Part shown: one piece after another, positions 8,623 through 17,271 of the stretch
Layout of the letters: the number at the start of each line of letters is the position of its first letter
How positions within the stretch are numbered: the first letter of the stretch is position 1
Source of the DNA: a virus
Strand: one strand, 5' to 3'
DNA length: 64,000 bases
Virus record (IMG/VR): IMGVR_UViG_3300021963_000029
Coordinates: 64,001-128,000 of that record
Translations under genes and position numbers: made by a program
Notes under the pieces: generated by a model
Database searches by the model: none
Seen by the model: only the letters and a program-made list of their open reading frames with translations
Told to the model about the DNA's origin: nothing

Positions 8623-8862
8623 TCAGTACAGAAGGGAGAAAGAACCACAGAACTTACGCACCCATTGTAGAGTGTCATAATGACTGCGAGGTTTAGACAT
8701 TACCATGCTCTTGTTAGTAACAGGATTGAGAGCAATAGCAACATATTTGTGGTCACATTCTTGCCATTCAGGAGTGATTTGCTGAATGAACATTTGATTT
8801 ACTTTACCTTCCTTCCAGTTGTTGACATAGTGGAAGACTTGAGTGGTTTCTTGACTTTTCAT
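8623..8862 (-). CDS. Hypothetical protein, leaderless
   Basis: 79 aa after cassette. Confidence 0.65.
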   Translation of the reverse strand: MKSQETTQVFHYVNNWKEGKVNQMFIQQITPEWQECDHKYVAIALNPVTNKSMVMSKPRSHYDTLQWVRKFCGSFSLLY

Positions 8863-8962
8863 ACATGTATGATAGCATGGATTCCCCCAAAAATCAAGGG
8901 GGTGTGTGCCACTTCATCAACTGGCACATGGTATCATTTATCTGCCACACATTTGTGGTAAA

Positions 8963-9036
8963 AGCTAGTGACAAGACTTGAACTTGCGACCTGAGCTTTA
9001 CAAAAGCCCTGCTCTATCCAACTGAGCTACACTAGC
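8963..9036 (-). tRNA. trnT: tRNA-Thr(UGU)
   Basis: GCTAGTG acceptor, GGGCT-TTTGTAA-AGCTC anticodon arm, GTTCAA T-loop. Confidence 0.92.
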
Positions 9037-9042
9037 AAAAAG

Positions 9043-9357
9043 TCATTCCTTGGATATATTTAGAAGCATCCAAATACCAAGGGCAAAGACTAAAAATAGA
9101 AGCACGTACTTCCATGCTGCAACTAGAATAAATGCAAGCATTGCAAGTAATACAAACCCACCATCAAATCCTGATGATGAACCAGAATCAGATTCATTAT
9201 CATCAGAACTGTATGAGTTGTCTACAACTGCCATGATACATTTACCACCAGTCATAGACTCTGCAAATGCAACTGCATCACTGTGAGTGTATGCTTCTAC
9301 TCTCACAGTTTGTAACCAATTAGATGGTGTTCTTACAGTACACTTCCACTCATTCAT
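9043..9357 (-). CDS. Hypothetical membrane protein
   Basis: C-terminal hydrophobic helices after a Ser-rich linker. Confidence 0.7.
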   Translation of the reverse strand: MNEWKCTVRTPSNWLQTVRVEAYTHSDAVAFAESMTGGKCIMAVVDNSYSSDDNESDSGSSSGFDGGFVLLAMLAFILVAAWKYVLLFLVFALGIWMLLNISKE

Positions 9358-10022
9358 TTGTTATTGTATTCCTGAATGTATTGCTTGAGAGTATCAACAT
9401 AATCAGCAGGATTCTTGACAAAAACTTGTGTTTCACCTGAATGACAAGAAATAAGAGTCACAATTTGTTCCACTTTATTGCCAGTCATTTCCTCATACAT
9501 CATAGCATAACCAGTCTCCTGCACAAAATAGTTTTGGATCTGATTCTCATGCTTTGGTTTAGAAGAACTCTTGAAGTCAATCACAGACAATTTACCATTG
9601 TATTCTGCAATGCAATCTACACGACCTGCAATACCAAGTTGTTCAGAATACAGAGCAGATTCCTGATAGTGAATGTTATCCACATCATCAAGGAGTGCCT
9701 TGAATTGATTAAACAATTTGAGAGCAACTTCATACTTCTCAGCATCATAATCTGCATCCACATTGTTGACATAATCTTCCACAAGTTTGTGGAACTTAGT
9801 ACCATTGTTTGATGCAAATTGACTGATTTGATTTGCAGTTTCTTCACCTACACGTTCTCTCCACTCTGCAATTACTTTCCTATTCTGATAGGAAGTAACT
9901 GTGGTGACAGAAGGCAACAGTTTGCCATTGACAACATAGCGACGTGAACCATCCACAGTTTCAGTGGGGATGTCTGCAAGAGCAGGAAGATTGAGGTGAT
10001 TGAACTTAGTTTTGGTTTGCAT
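9354..10022 (-). CDS. PD-(D/E)xK exonuclease (Cas4/lambda-exonuclease-like)
   Basis: LPSVTTV, GTKFH, AGRVDCIAEYNGKLSVIDFKSS, YFVQETGYA. Confidence 0.85.
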   Translation of the reverse strand: MQTKTKFNHLNLPALADIPTETVDGSRRYVVNGKLLPSVTTVTSYQNRKVIAEWRERVGEETANQISQFASNNGTKFHKLVEDYVNNVDADYDAEKYEVALKLFNQFKALLDDVDNIHYQESALYSEQLGIAGRVDCIAEYNGKLSVIDFKSSSKPKHENQIQNYFVQETGYAMMYEEMTGNKVEQIVTLISCHSGETQVFVKNPADYVDTLKQYIQEYNNK

Positions 10023-10039
10023 AATAATGTTGTTGGTGA

Positions 10040-10189
10040 TCAAAGAAACTCAGCAATGTAATAGTCAACAGTAATTTCTAATTCTGCTGCTTTTGCTTCA
10101 AGTTCCATAGTATATTCTTCTGCCATTTGTTCATCAGCATGATCACAGAAGAGGTCAAGAGTGGATTGGTGCATAAACTTATCTTTCAT
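10040..10189 (-). CDS. Small acidic protein, leaderless
   Basis: MKDKFMHQSTLDLFCDHADEQMAEEY...; start after cassette. Confidence 0.6.
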   Translation of the reverse strand: MKDKFMHQSTLDLFCDHADEQMAEEYTMELEAKAAELEITVDYYIAEFL

Positions 10190-10475
10190 ACATGTATGAT
10201 ACCACAGATTTACTAAAAAGTCAAGCATTAGTGGACAGTCCTACAAGTGTCACATGATGTAAGATTTGCGATCAAATCTGTGCTTATTGTACTCAATTTG
10301 TTGTAAATCTTGCTTCATCTTAATGTCTATAACTGCATGGAGAGTCATAGCAAAACTAAAGCAAATAATACAGAAAAGAATAGGTTTCATTAATCTTGAG
10401 GATTGTTATGATGAAGAGCATAGTTAAACACTAATGCAATAAATGCAAGGGCAAACCATGCACCAAAGAATGTGA

Positions 10476-10895
10476 TCATTTGTAGAGATAACCTCCTGCC
10501 CAATCTGCACGTTTGTACATCTCAACACGAGATTGTTCATCAAGCAAGTTATATCTTACACCATTCTTTGCAGGTGATTGCCAAGTGGCAGATTTGTACA
10601 CATCACCAGTATTCAGATCAACAAAAGCATGTGCACTTTTCTGACTACCATAACTGGTAACATGGATAATCTTGGCATACTTTTTACCTTTAGTGTAAAT
10701 GTAATTATCCACACCATCACCTTCACAGAGTTTATCAATGCACTGCTGGTGATAGTCTACATTCTCACCTTTAGCAATGTATTGTTGGTGACGTTGAATA
10801 GCAGAAGATTGATAGTTGGTGCGAAGAACCTGGCACATTTCTTCAATCTTATCAATAACTTTTTCAGTGGTCAAGTTGGTGTTTTGATTTTTCAT
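10476..10895 (-). CDS. Phage hypothetical protein (KYAKI...HAFVD..TGDVYKSATW motif), leaderless
   Basis: Start at ATG 10895, 6 nt after -10. Confidence 0.7.
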   Translation of the reverse strand: MKNQNTNLTTEKVIDKIEEMCQVLRTNYQSSAIQRHQQYIAKGENVDYHQQCIDKLCEGDGVDNYIYTKGKKYAKIIHVTSYGSQKSAHAFVDLNTGDVYKSATWQSPAKNGVRYNLLDEQSRVEMYKRADWAGGYLYK

Positions 10896-11116
10896 ACATG
10901 TATGATAGCACAAGAATCAGCAAAAGTCAATAGGTCGTGGACAGTTCCACAACTGTCACATCTTTACATTTTCTCTGCAATAAACAAACCTATTCCATTC
11001 TTCATTTGTGAAATTGTCACTTGCATAAGGTATGCCAACAACATAGGCACAAAACTTGTTGATTTCCTCAGACTTTTGAGAGGATGAGATAACAACAGAT
11101 GCAATTAGTTCAAGCA

Positions 11117-11329
11117 TTAGAATCTCTTGGGAATGTCACAATATGCTAGAGGATTATAGTCACCTGCATCACTAAATGATGCTGCTGTGTCATGAATCAC
11201 TTTTGCTCTATACAATAGATCCTCAAGATCCAGCATCAGTTGATTCAAATCATCATCAGTTTTACCCAGCAGAGCATCACTAATTCTCTCAAATGCTGCT
11301 GCTGTTTGTAGCGTGTGTTGGTGTATCAT
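11117..11329 (-). CDS. Hypothetical protein
   Basis: Probable start MIHQHTLQ; upstream extension in the ORF track looks like another frame. Confidence 0.5.
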   Translation of the reverse strand: MIHQHTLQTAAAFERISDALLGKTDDDLNQLMLDLEDLLYRAKVIHDTAASFSDAGDYNPLAYCDIPKRF

Positions 11330-11467
11330 ACTACTTTGTATTTTGTCTTTATTGCTTTTAATACTTGTTTGCGTGCCTTTAGTTTGCCTTTGCAAGTGCC
11401 TTTGGTATTCTTTTGTTTTCCTGAGTTGTGCATCCAATTAGGTGTGTTCATTGTTTTACAGTTAGAA

Positions 11468-11540
11468 CAGGCACAGAGGGACTCGAACCCCCACTCAACT
11501 GCTTAGAAGGCAGTGGCATTATCCATTATGCTATGTGCCC
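11468..11540 (-). tRNA. trnR: tRNA-Arg(UCU), copy 1
   Basis: GGGCACA acceptor, ACTGC-CTTCTAA-GCAGT, GGTTCGAGTCC. Confidence 0.9.
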
Positions 11541-11570
11541 AAATAAGGGGCAACAATGCCCCTATTTATT
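11541..11570 (-). terminator. Probable intrinsic terminator hairpin
   Basis: AGGGGCA-TTGT-TGCCCCT followed by TATTT. Confidence 0.5.
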
Positions 11571-12088
11571 ATCAGAACTCTACAGGTTCAAGAGTAGGTT
11601 GAGCAACTGCACTTTGAGTGCTGGGAGCATCATTATCACCAGAAGTGATAGCATCAAGAATGGCAAGGATTTCATTACCATTTTGACCACGACGCAGAGC
11701 AGCAACCATCAGATCAGTAGACATAATGAAGAAGGTGGTAAATGAACAAGAGTGTGTAACTTTAGGGCAAACACATTCCCATTAGTTAAGGAGTGAGAAT
11801 AATTTCTACATCTTTGATAACATCTTCATCAGGTAGATTGTAGAGAAATTGATAATAGTCCTCATAATCAACACCTAGGTAACTAGCAAAATCTTCTAAA
11901 TCATCATGCAATTTACAAGTGTCAATCATGATCCCTCAACTGTTGATGTAATACATCATAGCACACAGAATCAGATTTGGGGAGAACTGTGTGCCACTTT
12001 GATTGGTGTCACAGTCTGTGCTTTAAGAACCACAAATGGGTCTCCAATTAGTAGAATAGAGCACAGAAAAATTCCTTTCCAGAGTTTA

Positions 12089-12274
12089 TTAGACATCATA
12101 CAACTTGTTGATACAAATCTGTTCTTTATACCAGGCATTGTCAGCATCACTATTCCATGAAATGCCTAGCATAAAATTATAGTGGTCTGCCCACAGATTG
12201 CAACTTGCCTCAAACCATTCAGCACTAGGTTTGCAGACAGAATAATCTTGAAAGTCCATTTTGATTTTTGTCAT
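12089..12274 (-). CDS. Hypothetical protein, leaderless
   Basis: ATG 6 nt after TATACT. Confidence 0.6.
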   Translation of the reverse strand: MTKIKMDFQDYSVCKPSAEWFEASCNLWADHYNFMLGISWNSDADNAWYKEQICINKLYDV

Positions 12275-12341
12275 GAAGACAGTATAGCATGAAAAAGGGC
12301 ACTGTGCTCATTTACAGTGCCAGTTCTACAAGTGTCACATG

Positions 12342-12554
12342 TTATACATCAATCTCTGCTAGTTTCTTTTGGTTGCGCAGTTCAGTAATAATAGTTTGTA
12401 GTTCAATCATATCTTGCCTACAATCTTCTAGATCTTCACAAAGAATGTCATACTGATACTCTGACTTACACCTACGAATTTGCTTAGTCAGTTTATCATA
12501 CTTTTTCCTTACATCTTTGAGATCTTTCTCATACTCTTGGATAGTCTTATTCAT
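12342..12554 (-). CDS. Coiled-coil hypothetical protein
   Basis: 70 aa heptad-like pattern. Confidence 0.65.
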   Translation of the reverse strand: MNKTIQEYEKDLKDVRKKYDKLTKQIRRCKSEYQYDILCEDLEDCRQDMIELQTIITELRNQKKLAEIDV

Positions 12555-12753
12555 TTGAGCAAACTAGAATTGAAGTAACGACGAAAAGCAGTGATAATGA
12601 TAATAAGAGTGCTAGACACACCAACCAAACCAAGGAAGGTAACAGCATCACCTGAAAATGTGTAACTTTGAGGCATTTGTTTTTTGATTACTCTGTAATG
12701 ATAGCAGATCTAGAGGTAAAAGTCAATGGATAGTGGACAGTTCTAGAAGTGTC

Positions 12754-13056
12754 CTATCCTATAACTCTGTAGCACACAGTTGCATTACCTTTCTTCACTG
12801 ACTCAATATGTGCAAATGCAGCATAACTGAGGTCCAGATCAGCATGAGAGTATGGACCCCTATCATTGACACGAACCACAACTTGTTTTCCATTATCTTG
12901 ATTGGTTACTCTAATTTTAGTTCCCATCTTTAAGTATGGATGAGCAGCAGTCCACCTATAGGGATTCATTGTTTCACCATTTGCAGTCTTTTGATATGCA
13001 AATCCATCACCAACACCATAAAATGTGGCAATGCCACACATTAGAGCAGCAATCAT
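12754..13056 (-). CDS. rlpA: RlpA-like double-psi beta-barrel lytic transglycosylase
   Basis: ATFYG...TANGETMN...TAAHPYLKMGTKIRVTN..NGKQVVVRVNDRGPY...DLDLSYAAF. Confidence 0.85.
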   Translation of the reverse strand: MIAALMCGIATFYGVGDGFAYQKTANGETMNPYRWTAAHPYLKMGTKIRVTNQDNGKQVVVRVNDRGPYSHADLDLSYAAFAHIESVKKGNATVCYRVIG

Positions 13057-13343
13057 TTAGACCAAAGACCTCGCTGAATCATATACTTTTTGATCTCAGT
13101 ATAAATGAACTGCTTGAGTTTGGGATCATCAGTCTTATCAAATGCTTGATACAGACGATTCAAATAATCATCAGGTTTGGTGACTTTGATAACTTCTGCT
13201 TTGGTCATTCCAAGACCAGAGATAGGCGAACCTGCTTTTGCTTTAGGACGACCAAAGTTACCAGTTACATTACCTTGGGTACGCAGTTTAGGTTTAATCT
13301 TGGAAAGATTAGAAGTTGCGAAGTTCATCTGTGTTTTATTCAT
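13053..13343 (-). CDS. Basic hypothetical protein, leaderless
   Basis: Start moved to ATG 13343 after cassette. Confidence 0.65.
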   Translation of the reverse strand: MNKTQMNFATSNLSKIKPKLRTQGNVTGNFGRPKAKAGSPISGLGMTKAEVIKVTKPDDYLNRLYQAFDKTDDPKLKQFIYTEIKKYMIQRGLWSK

Positions 13344-13380
13344 ACAAGTATGATAGCACACCAGGGGGAACAGTGGGGAT

Positions 13381-13593
13381 TTACTGTGCCAGTTTTTTAT
13401 GTGGCACAAGAGGTGGTTTGCTATTCTCCCTCTCAATATACTCTACAGTGCTGTGTAGTTTGTTATACAGGGCACTGAGGGATACTTTACCACTACCCTC
13501 CATAATCTTCTGTTCCTTTCTTGACAACAACTGTAGAGCACTCTTCAGTGCATCCAACTCATCAAGATTCAGTCTCACAAAATCTTCAGTCAT
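13381..13593 (-). CDS. Hypothetical protein
   Basis: 70 aa. Confidence 0.6.
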   Translation of the reverse strand: MTEDFVRLNLDELDALKSALQLLSRKEQKIMEGSGKVSLSALYNKLHSTVEYIERENSKPPLVPHKKLAQ

Positions 13594-13838
13594 TTCTTTT
13601 CAGGTTGAGGTTTAGGTTGAACTTTGGTAGGATCAGCATAGGGAACTCTGCCATCCTTTTCATACATTAGAATGTCATACTTAAACTTACACTCATGTGG
13701 GCGTTGATTGCACAGAATGAGTGTATCATTGACTGCTTTTTGTGTGCTAACAGAACCACTCACAGCACCACCAATCAACAAAGATAATGCTACAAATGAG
13801 AACATTTTGTAGTTTTCAATCATTTCACTATTCTCCAA
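13590..13838 (-). CDS. Hypothetical protein with N-terminal hydrophobic segment
   Basis: FSFVALSLLIGGAVSG. Confidence 0.6.
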   Translation of the reverse strand: MENSEMIENYKMFSFVALSLLIGGAVSGSVSTQKAVNDTLILCNQRPHECKFKYDILMYEKDGRVPYADPTKVQPKPQPEKK

Positions 13839-14026
13839 TGTGGGTCATTTACTTTATCAATCCAGAAGAAGTATTGTTTGTTAATAGATGCTAGAAACAT
13901 CTGATTGTCTGTCTCTTGTTCTACATGACAACCATGCAGTTTATCCATCACATTAGCAAACCTATTCTTTGCTTTGTTAGAAATAGGTTGAACATTCACC
14001 ATTTTACGTTTCACTTTAGTTTGCAT
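13820..14026 (-). CDS. Hypothetical protein
   Basis: 68 aa. Confidence 0.65.
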   Translation of the reverse strand: MQTKVKRKMVNVQPISNKAKNRFANVMDKLHGCHVEQETDNQMFLASINKQYFFWIDKVNDPHWRIVK

Positions 14027-14424
14027 CAGTTAATACCACAATAGGACCACTTTGGTTGGTCTAATTCACTGTCTTCATAAGTGTAGAGAAACTCACAACC
14101 ACAGTCTTTAGCATACTTATACATTTGCTTGTGAGTCTTGAAGTGTTTAGGATAAACATCTTCATCACCTCTTTCATAATAATAAAGAGGTTGAGGTTCA
14201 CGAGTGTTGGTATAATTATCATCCTTGTAAGTTGATTCCCAAGTTGTATTAGTTTTGAGTGATGAAATGTCACCACCATCAATCAACTCAACAACTTTGG
14301 TGCGATCTTGATAATCTTCTTTGAGAATCTTGCCATTATTCTCAACATAACCATCCCAGTGACAATACACACCAGAATAGGTGTTATCTTTGTGCTTAAT
14401 TGAGATGAAACTGCGTGTTGCCAT
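14026..14424 (-). CDS. Phage hypothetical protein (MATRS...VYCHWDGY motif)
   Basis: Probable start MATRSFI at 14424. Confidence 0.7.
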   Translation of the reverse strand: MATRSFISIKHKDNTYSGVYCHWDGYVENNGKILKEDYQDRTKVVELIDGGDISSLKTNTTWESTYKDDNYTNTREPQPLYYYERGDEDVYPKHFKTHKQMYKYAKDCGCEFLYTYEDSELDQPKWSYCGIN

Positions 14425-14843
14425 TGTTGTTAATAATAAAAAAATCAGTCTTGAACAAGAATCCAATCTTCCATGTCAGTTTCTGTCATGGATTCCCAGT
14501 TATCCTCAAAGAGATCAAACATTGCTTCATTGGGGATGATACAATCAAACTCATCAATCTGAATGTCATCAAGAAATGCAGTGCTCATCTGTGTCATTTG
14601 ATTACCTAGTAATCATAGCACACAGTCAAGCATTTTGGAGATTTACTGTGCCACTTCTACATGTGGCACACAGTTATGCTTTTTTGCTTCTTTTTCTTGT
14701 AGTTCTTGGTGCTTCTTCTTTCACTTCAGCAACAGGTTCTTCCTTAACTTCTTCAACCTGTGGTGCTGGTTGTGGTGATGTTCTACTGATTAGTTCTAAG
14801 AATCTGCTCATGATACTATGGCATCCTAAAACTATTTAGAAAA

Positions 14844-14914
14844 TGGAGGATACCAGAGTCGAACTGGTGATTGATGCTTGCAAAGCACCTGTTTTACCAC
14901 TAAACTAATCCCCC
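14844..14914 (-). tRNA. trnA: tRNA-Ala(UGC)
   Basis: GGTGC-TTTGCAA-GCATC; G3:U70 Ala identity pair present. Confidence 0.9.
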
Positions 14915-14918
14915 TAGG

Positions 14919-15000
14919 TGCACATGAAAGGACTTGAACCTTCATGGATTGCTCCACTGGAACCTAAACCCAGCGCGTATACCAATTCCGCCACATGTGC
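14919..15000 (-). tRNA. trnL: tRNA-Leu(UAG)
   Basis: CTGGG-TTTAGGT-TCCAG, long variable arm. Confidence 0.9.
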
Positions 15001-15078
15001 ATGACAGGGGTGATCAATCCCCTGACCTAAGATAACTTAGGATTTAGAGGAAGATCCAGACATTTCCAGAACTCCCAA

Positions 15079-15150
15079 CTCCCCCACCTGGACTCGAACC
15101 AGGAACACTTTGATTAACAGTCAAATACTCTACCATTGAGCTATAGGGGA
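15079..15150 (-). tRNA. trnN: tRNA-Asn(GUU)
   Basis: TTTGA-CTGTTAA-TCAAA; GGTTCGAGTCC. Confidence 0.92.
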
Positions 15151-15303
15151 CTGCTTTATTTTTTATCTAACAAATACTCAACTGTATTTGCAATGTCATT
15201 CATTGCATCCCTAAGATTTGGTTGACCTCCTGCTTCCATGTTCATGTCATTTGGATCAGTTAATGTCCATCTCCATAACTTCATTTCACTATTATACCAC
15301 AGG

Positions 15304-15462
15304 TTAATCACCATGTTTGTATGACTCCAATTCTATCCAATTAAGAAGAGTTTGAAAGGAGTTAATTGCTGCTTGATTGCAATTATCTTTCTTAAGTCCT
15401 TCAATGTAATACTCAAGTGCTTCAATCACCATTTGGCGATCTTGCTTAGAAATCAAAGACAT
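15304..15462 (-). CDS. Small protein within the tRNA cluster (52 aa)
   Basis: MSLISKQDRQMVIEALEYYIEGLKKDNCNQAAINSFQTLLNWIELESYKHGD. Confidence 0.6.
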   Translation of the reverse strand: MSLISKQDRQMVIEALEYYIEGLKKDNCNQAAINSFQTLLNWIELESYKHGD

Positions 15463-15500
15463 GATAATAACTTAATAGTTTGGAGATATTTATTCTCCAA

Positions 15501-15575
15501 TCCAAGATGTAGGATTTGAACCTACGACCCCTGCTTCCCAAAAGCAGTGCTCTATCCAAACTGAGCTAATCCTGG
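15501..15575 (-). tRNA. trnP: tRNA-Pro(UGG)
   Basis: CTGCT-TTTGGGA-AGCAG; C1:G72. Confidence 0.9.
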
Positions 15576-15650
15576 TGGTGGGAAATACAAGATTCGAACT
15601 TGTGACTGTCTCGGTGTAAACGAGAAACTCTACCACTGAGTTAATTTCCC
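15576..15650 (-). tRNA. trnV: tRNA-Val(UAC) with encoded CCA, directly abutting tRNA-Pro
   Basis: TCTCG-TTTACAC-CGAGA; ends ACCA. Confidence 0.92.
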
Positions 15651-15751
15651 AGGAGGGTGACAATGCCACCCTGTTACACTGTAAAGTATGAATCAGTACA
15701 GTGCCTTTTGCTACCGGCATTCTGGTTTATCTTTCCAGCGCAAAGTAGCAA

Positions 15752-15837
15752 AGGAAGGTCAGGGATTCGAACCCTGGGAGGCTACTAACCTCAATAGTTT
15801 TCAAGACTATCACCATAAACCACTCGGTCAACCTTCC
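15752..15837 (-). tRNA. trnS: tRNA-Ser(UGA)
   Basis: ATAGT-CTTGAAA-ACTAT, long variable arm. Confidence 0.9.
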
Positions 15838-15842
15838 AATTA

Positions 15843-15864
15843 TAAAGGGGATCTCTCCCCTTAT
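15843..15864 (-). terminator. Hairpin between the KTSC-like gene and the tRNA cluster
   Basis: AGGGGA-GAGA-TCCCCT followed by TTATAATT. Confidence 0.5.
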
Positions 15865-15867
15865 TTA

Positions 15868-16098
15868 TCACATCTCAACAGGAACAAGAACCTCATTCTT
15901 CTTGAGTTTAGCAATCAGTTTGCCTACACTTTCAGCAGTGCGAACTTGTTCCTCAACACTCACAGGATCTTTACAAGCAAAGACATAAGACTTATCAGGA
16001 TTGCTGTGATAAGTCACACCAACTTGCATTTCATCATAGTCAAAAGAAACTTGAGAAATAGCAGAAGATTCAACAGCAAGAATAGCAGTGACAGACAT
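15868..16098 (-). CDS. KTSC-domain-like protein
   Basis: VESSAISQVSFDYDEMQVGVTY...SYVF resembles KTSC (SSAI..VGYD...L.V.F...Y.Y). Confidence 0.55.
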   Translation of the reverse strand: MSVTAILAVESSAISQVSFDYDEMQVGVTYHSNPDKSYVFACKDPVSVEEQVRTAESVGKLIAKLKKNEVLVPVEM

Positions 16099-16165
16099 GT
16101 GCTTTTGATTGATTACTTTGTAATGATAACAGGTTTGGAGGGAAAAGTCAAGAGGTTTGTGCCAC

Positions 16166-16354
16166 TTACAGAAGTGTCACACCACTCCACTCATTTTTAT
16201 ACACTAAAAGAACAGCATTACTATTTTCTGGATTAAATGTGAAATACTGTTCTGTAATACACACAATAGTTCCTACCATATTCTTGTAAGAAACTGACAT
16301 TTTTTCTTTAAATTTTGGGAGTGTCATCACATTTTCCTTCAAGAGATTTAACAA
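16166..16354 (-). CDS. Hypothetical protein
   Basis: 62 aa; ends in the promoter palindrome. Confidence 0.55.
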   Translation of the reverse strand: MLNLLKENVMTLPKFKEKMSVSYKNMVGTIVCITEQYFTFNPENSNAVLLVYKNEWSGVTLL

Positions 16355-16571
16355 GCAATGCAGTGAATAGTTCCATTTTATCAGGATGTACAGTTGCTGG
16401 ATTATTGTTTATTGCATTTTTGAGTGCAACAAGTTCATTCCATTCATCATTAGAGAGGTCTGATTGTGTAGAACGTGAAAGAGTCATAGTTTGCTTGATT
16501 TGTGATCATATCCTAACATACTATCTAGGATTTGACTGGTTTCTTAAGGTTATCTTTGGGATTGCTTTACA

Positions 16572-16928
16572 CTAGGTAATAAAGTTATCTAAGGCATCAA
16601 GATCATCTTTGAGTTCTTGTTCCTTTTTCTTATCATGATAATGAGACCACAAAGCATTGTGAACATCCATCAGATAATCTACCCAAAACCCAGCAGGATA
16701 GATTCCAAGTGCATCCATCAGACCACGATGTGAAGTTCCTTCCATTTCTGCTTTACACATAATGTAAGTAATTGCTTCTATCATATCAAGTTTATCTTCC
16801 TCAGATAACATATGATACTTTCCTACTGCACGTTGCCTGGATTCTTCTAATCCTTTCTGCATTTCTTTGTAGGAATCAGATTCCCACCATTCTTGTAATG
16901 ATTTACCCAAATGGTCCCCACTTGCCAC
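16572..16928 (-). CDS. Hypothetical cyanophage protein
   Basis: 118 aa. Confidence 0.7.
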   Translation of the reverse strand: MASGDHLGKSLQEWWESDSYKEMQKGLEESRQRAVGKYHMLSEEDKLDMIEAITYIMCKAEMEGTSHRGLMDALGIYPAGFWVDYLMDVHNALWSHYHDKKKEQELKDDLDALDNFIT

Positions 16929-17127
16929 GATCTCCCTCCTTTCTGTTTTCTAGTTTATCTAGCAATTCATCAGTGCTAATAACACTATCAATTCTTTGGA
17001 TTAAGTCTGCAATCACTGACACAACCATAGGACGTTCAGTTCTAGAAGCATAAGCAAGTGCATTTCTTAGATTACTTTCTGCCTCTCTAAGTGACTCTTC
17101 AACTTGTTGTCCCAATGCCATCTTCAT
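16903..17127 (-). CDS. Hypothetical protein
   Basis: 74 aa, helical. Confidence 0.65.
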   Translation of the reverse strand: MKMALGQQVEESLREAESNLRNALAYASRTERPMVVSVIADLIQRIDSVISTDELLDKLENRKEGDRGKWGPFG

Positions 17128-17271
17128 CCTCCATTAACATACAATCAATACATGACTTGAGTTCTAACATATCCTCATAGGATAATCCTTCTAATGATAC
17201 CACATGTTGGTCAGTAAATGCAATGTTCAAATTGTACACTTCACCATCATATGTTCCACTTGTTTGTACTT

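Noticed and set aside
15490-16236. ORFs 15490-15720 and 15688-16236 (also 11315-11745, 22657-22905)
   Set aside because: They overlap tRNA genes, which explain the sequence better.
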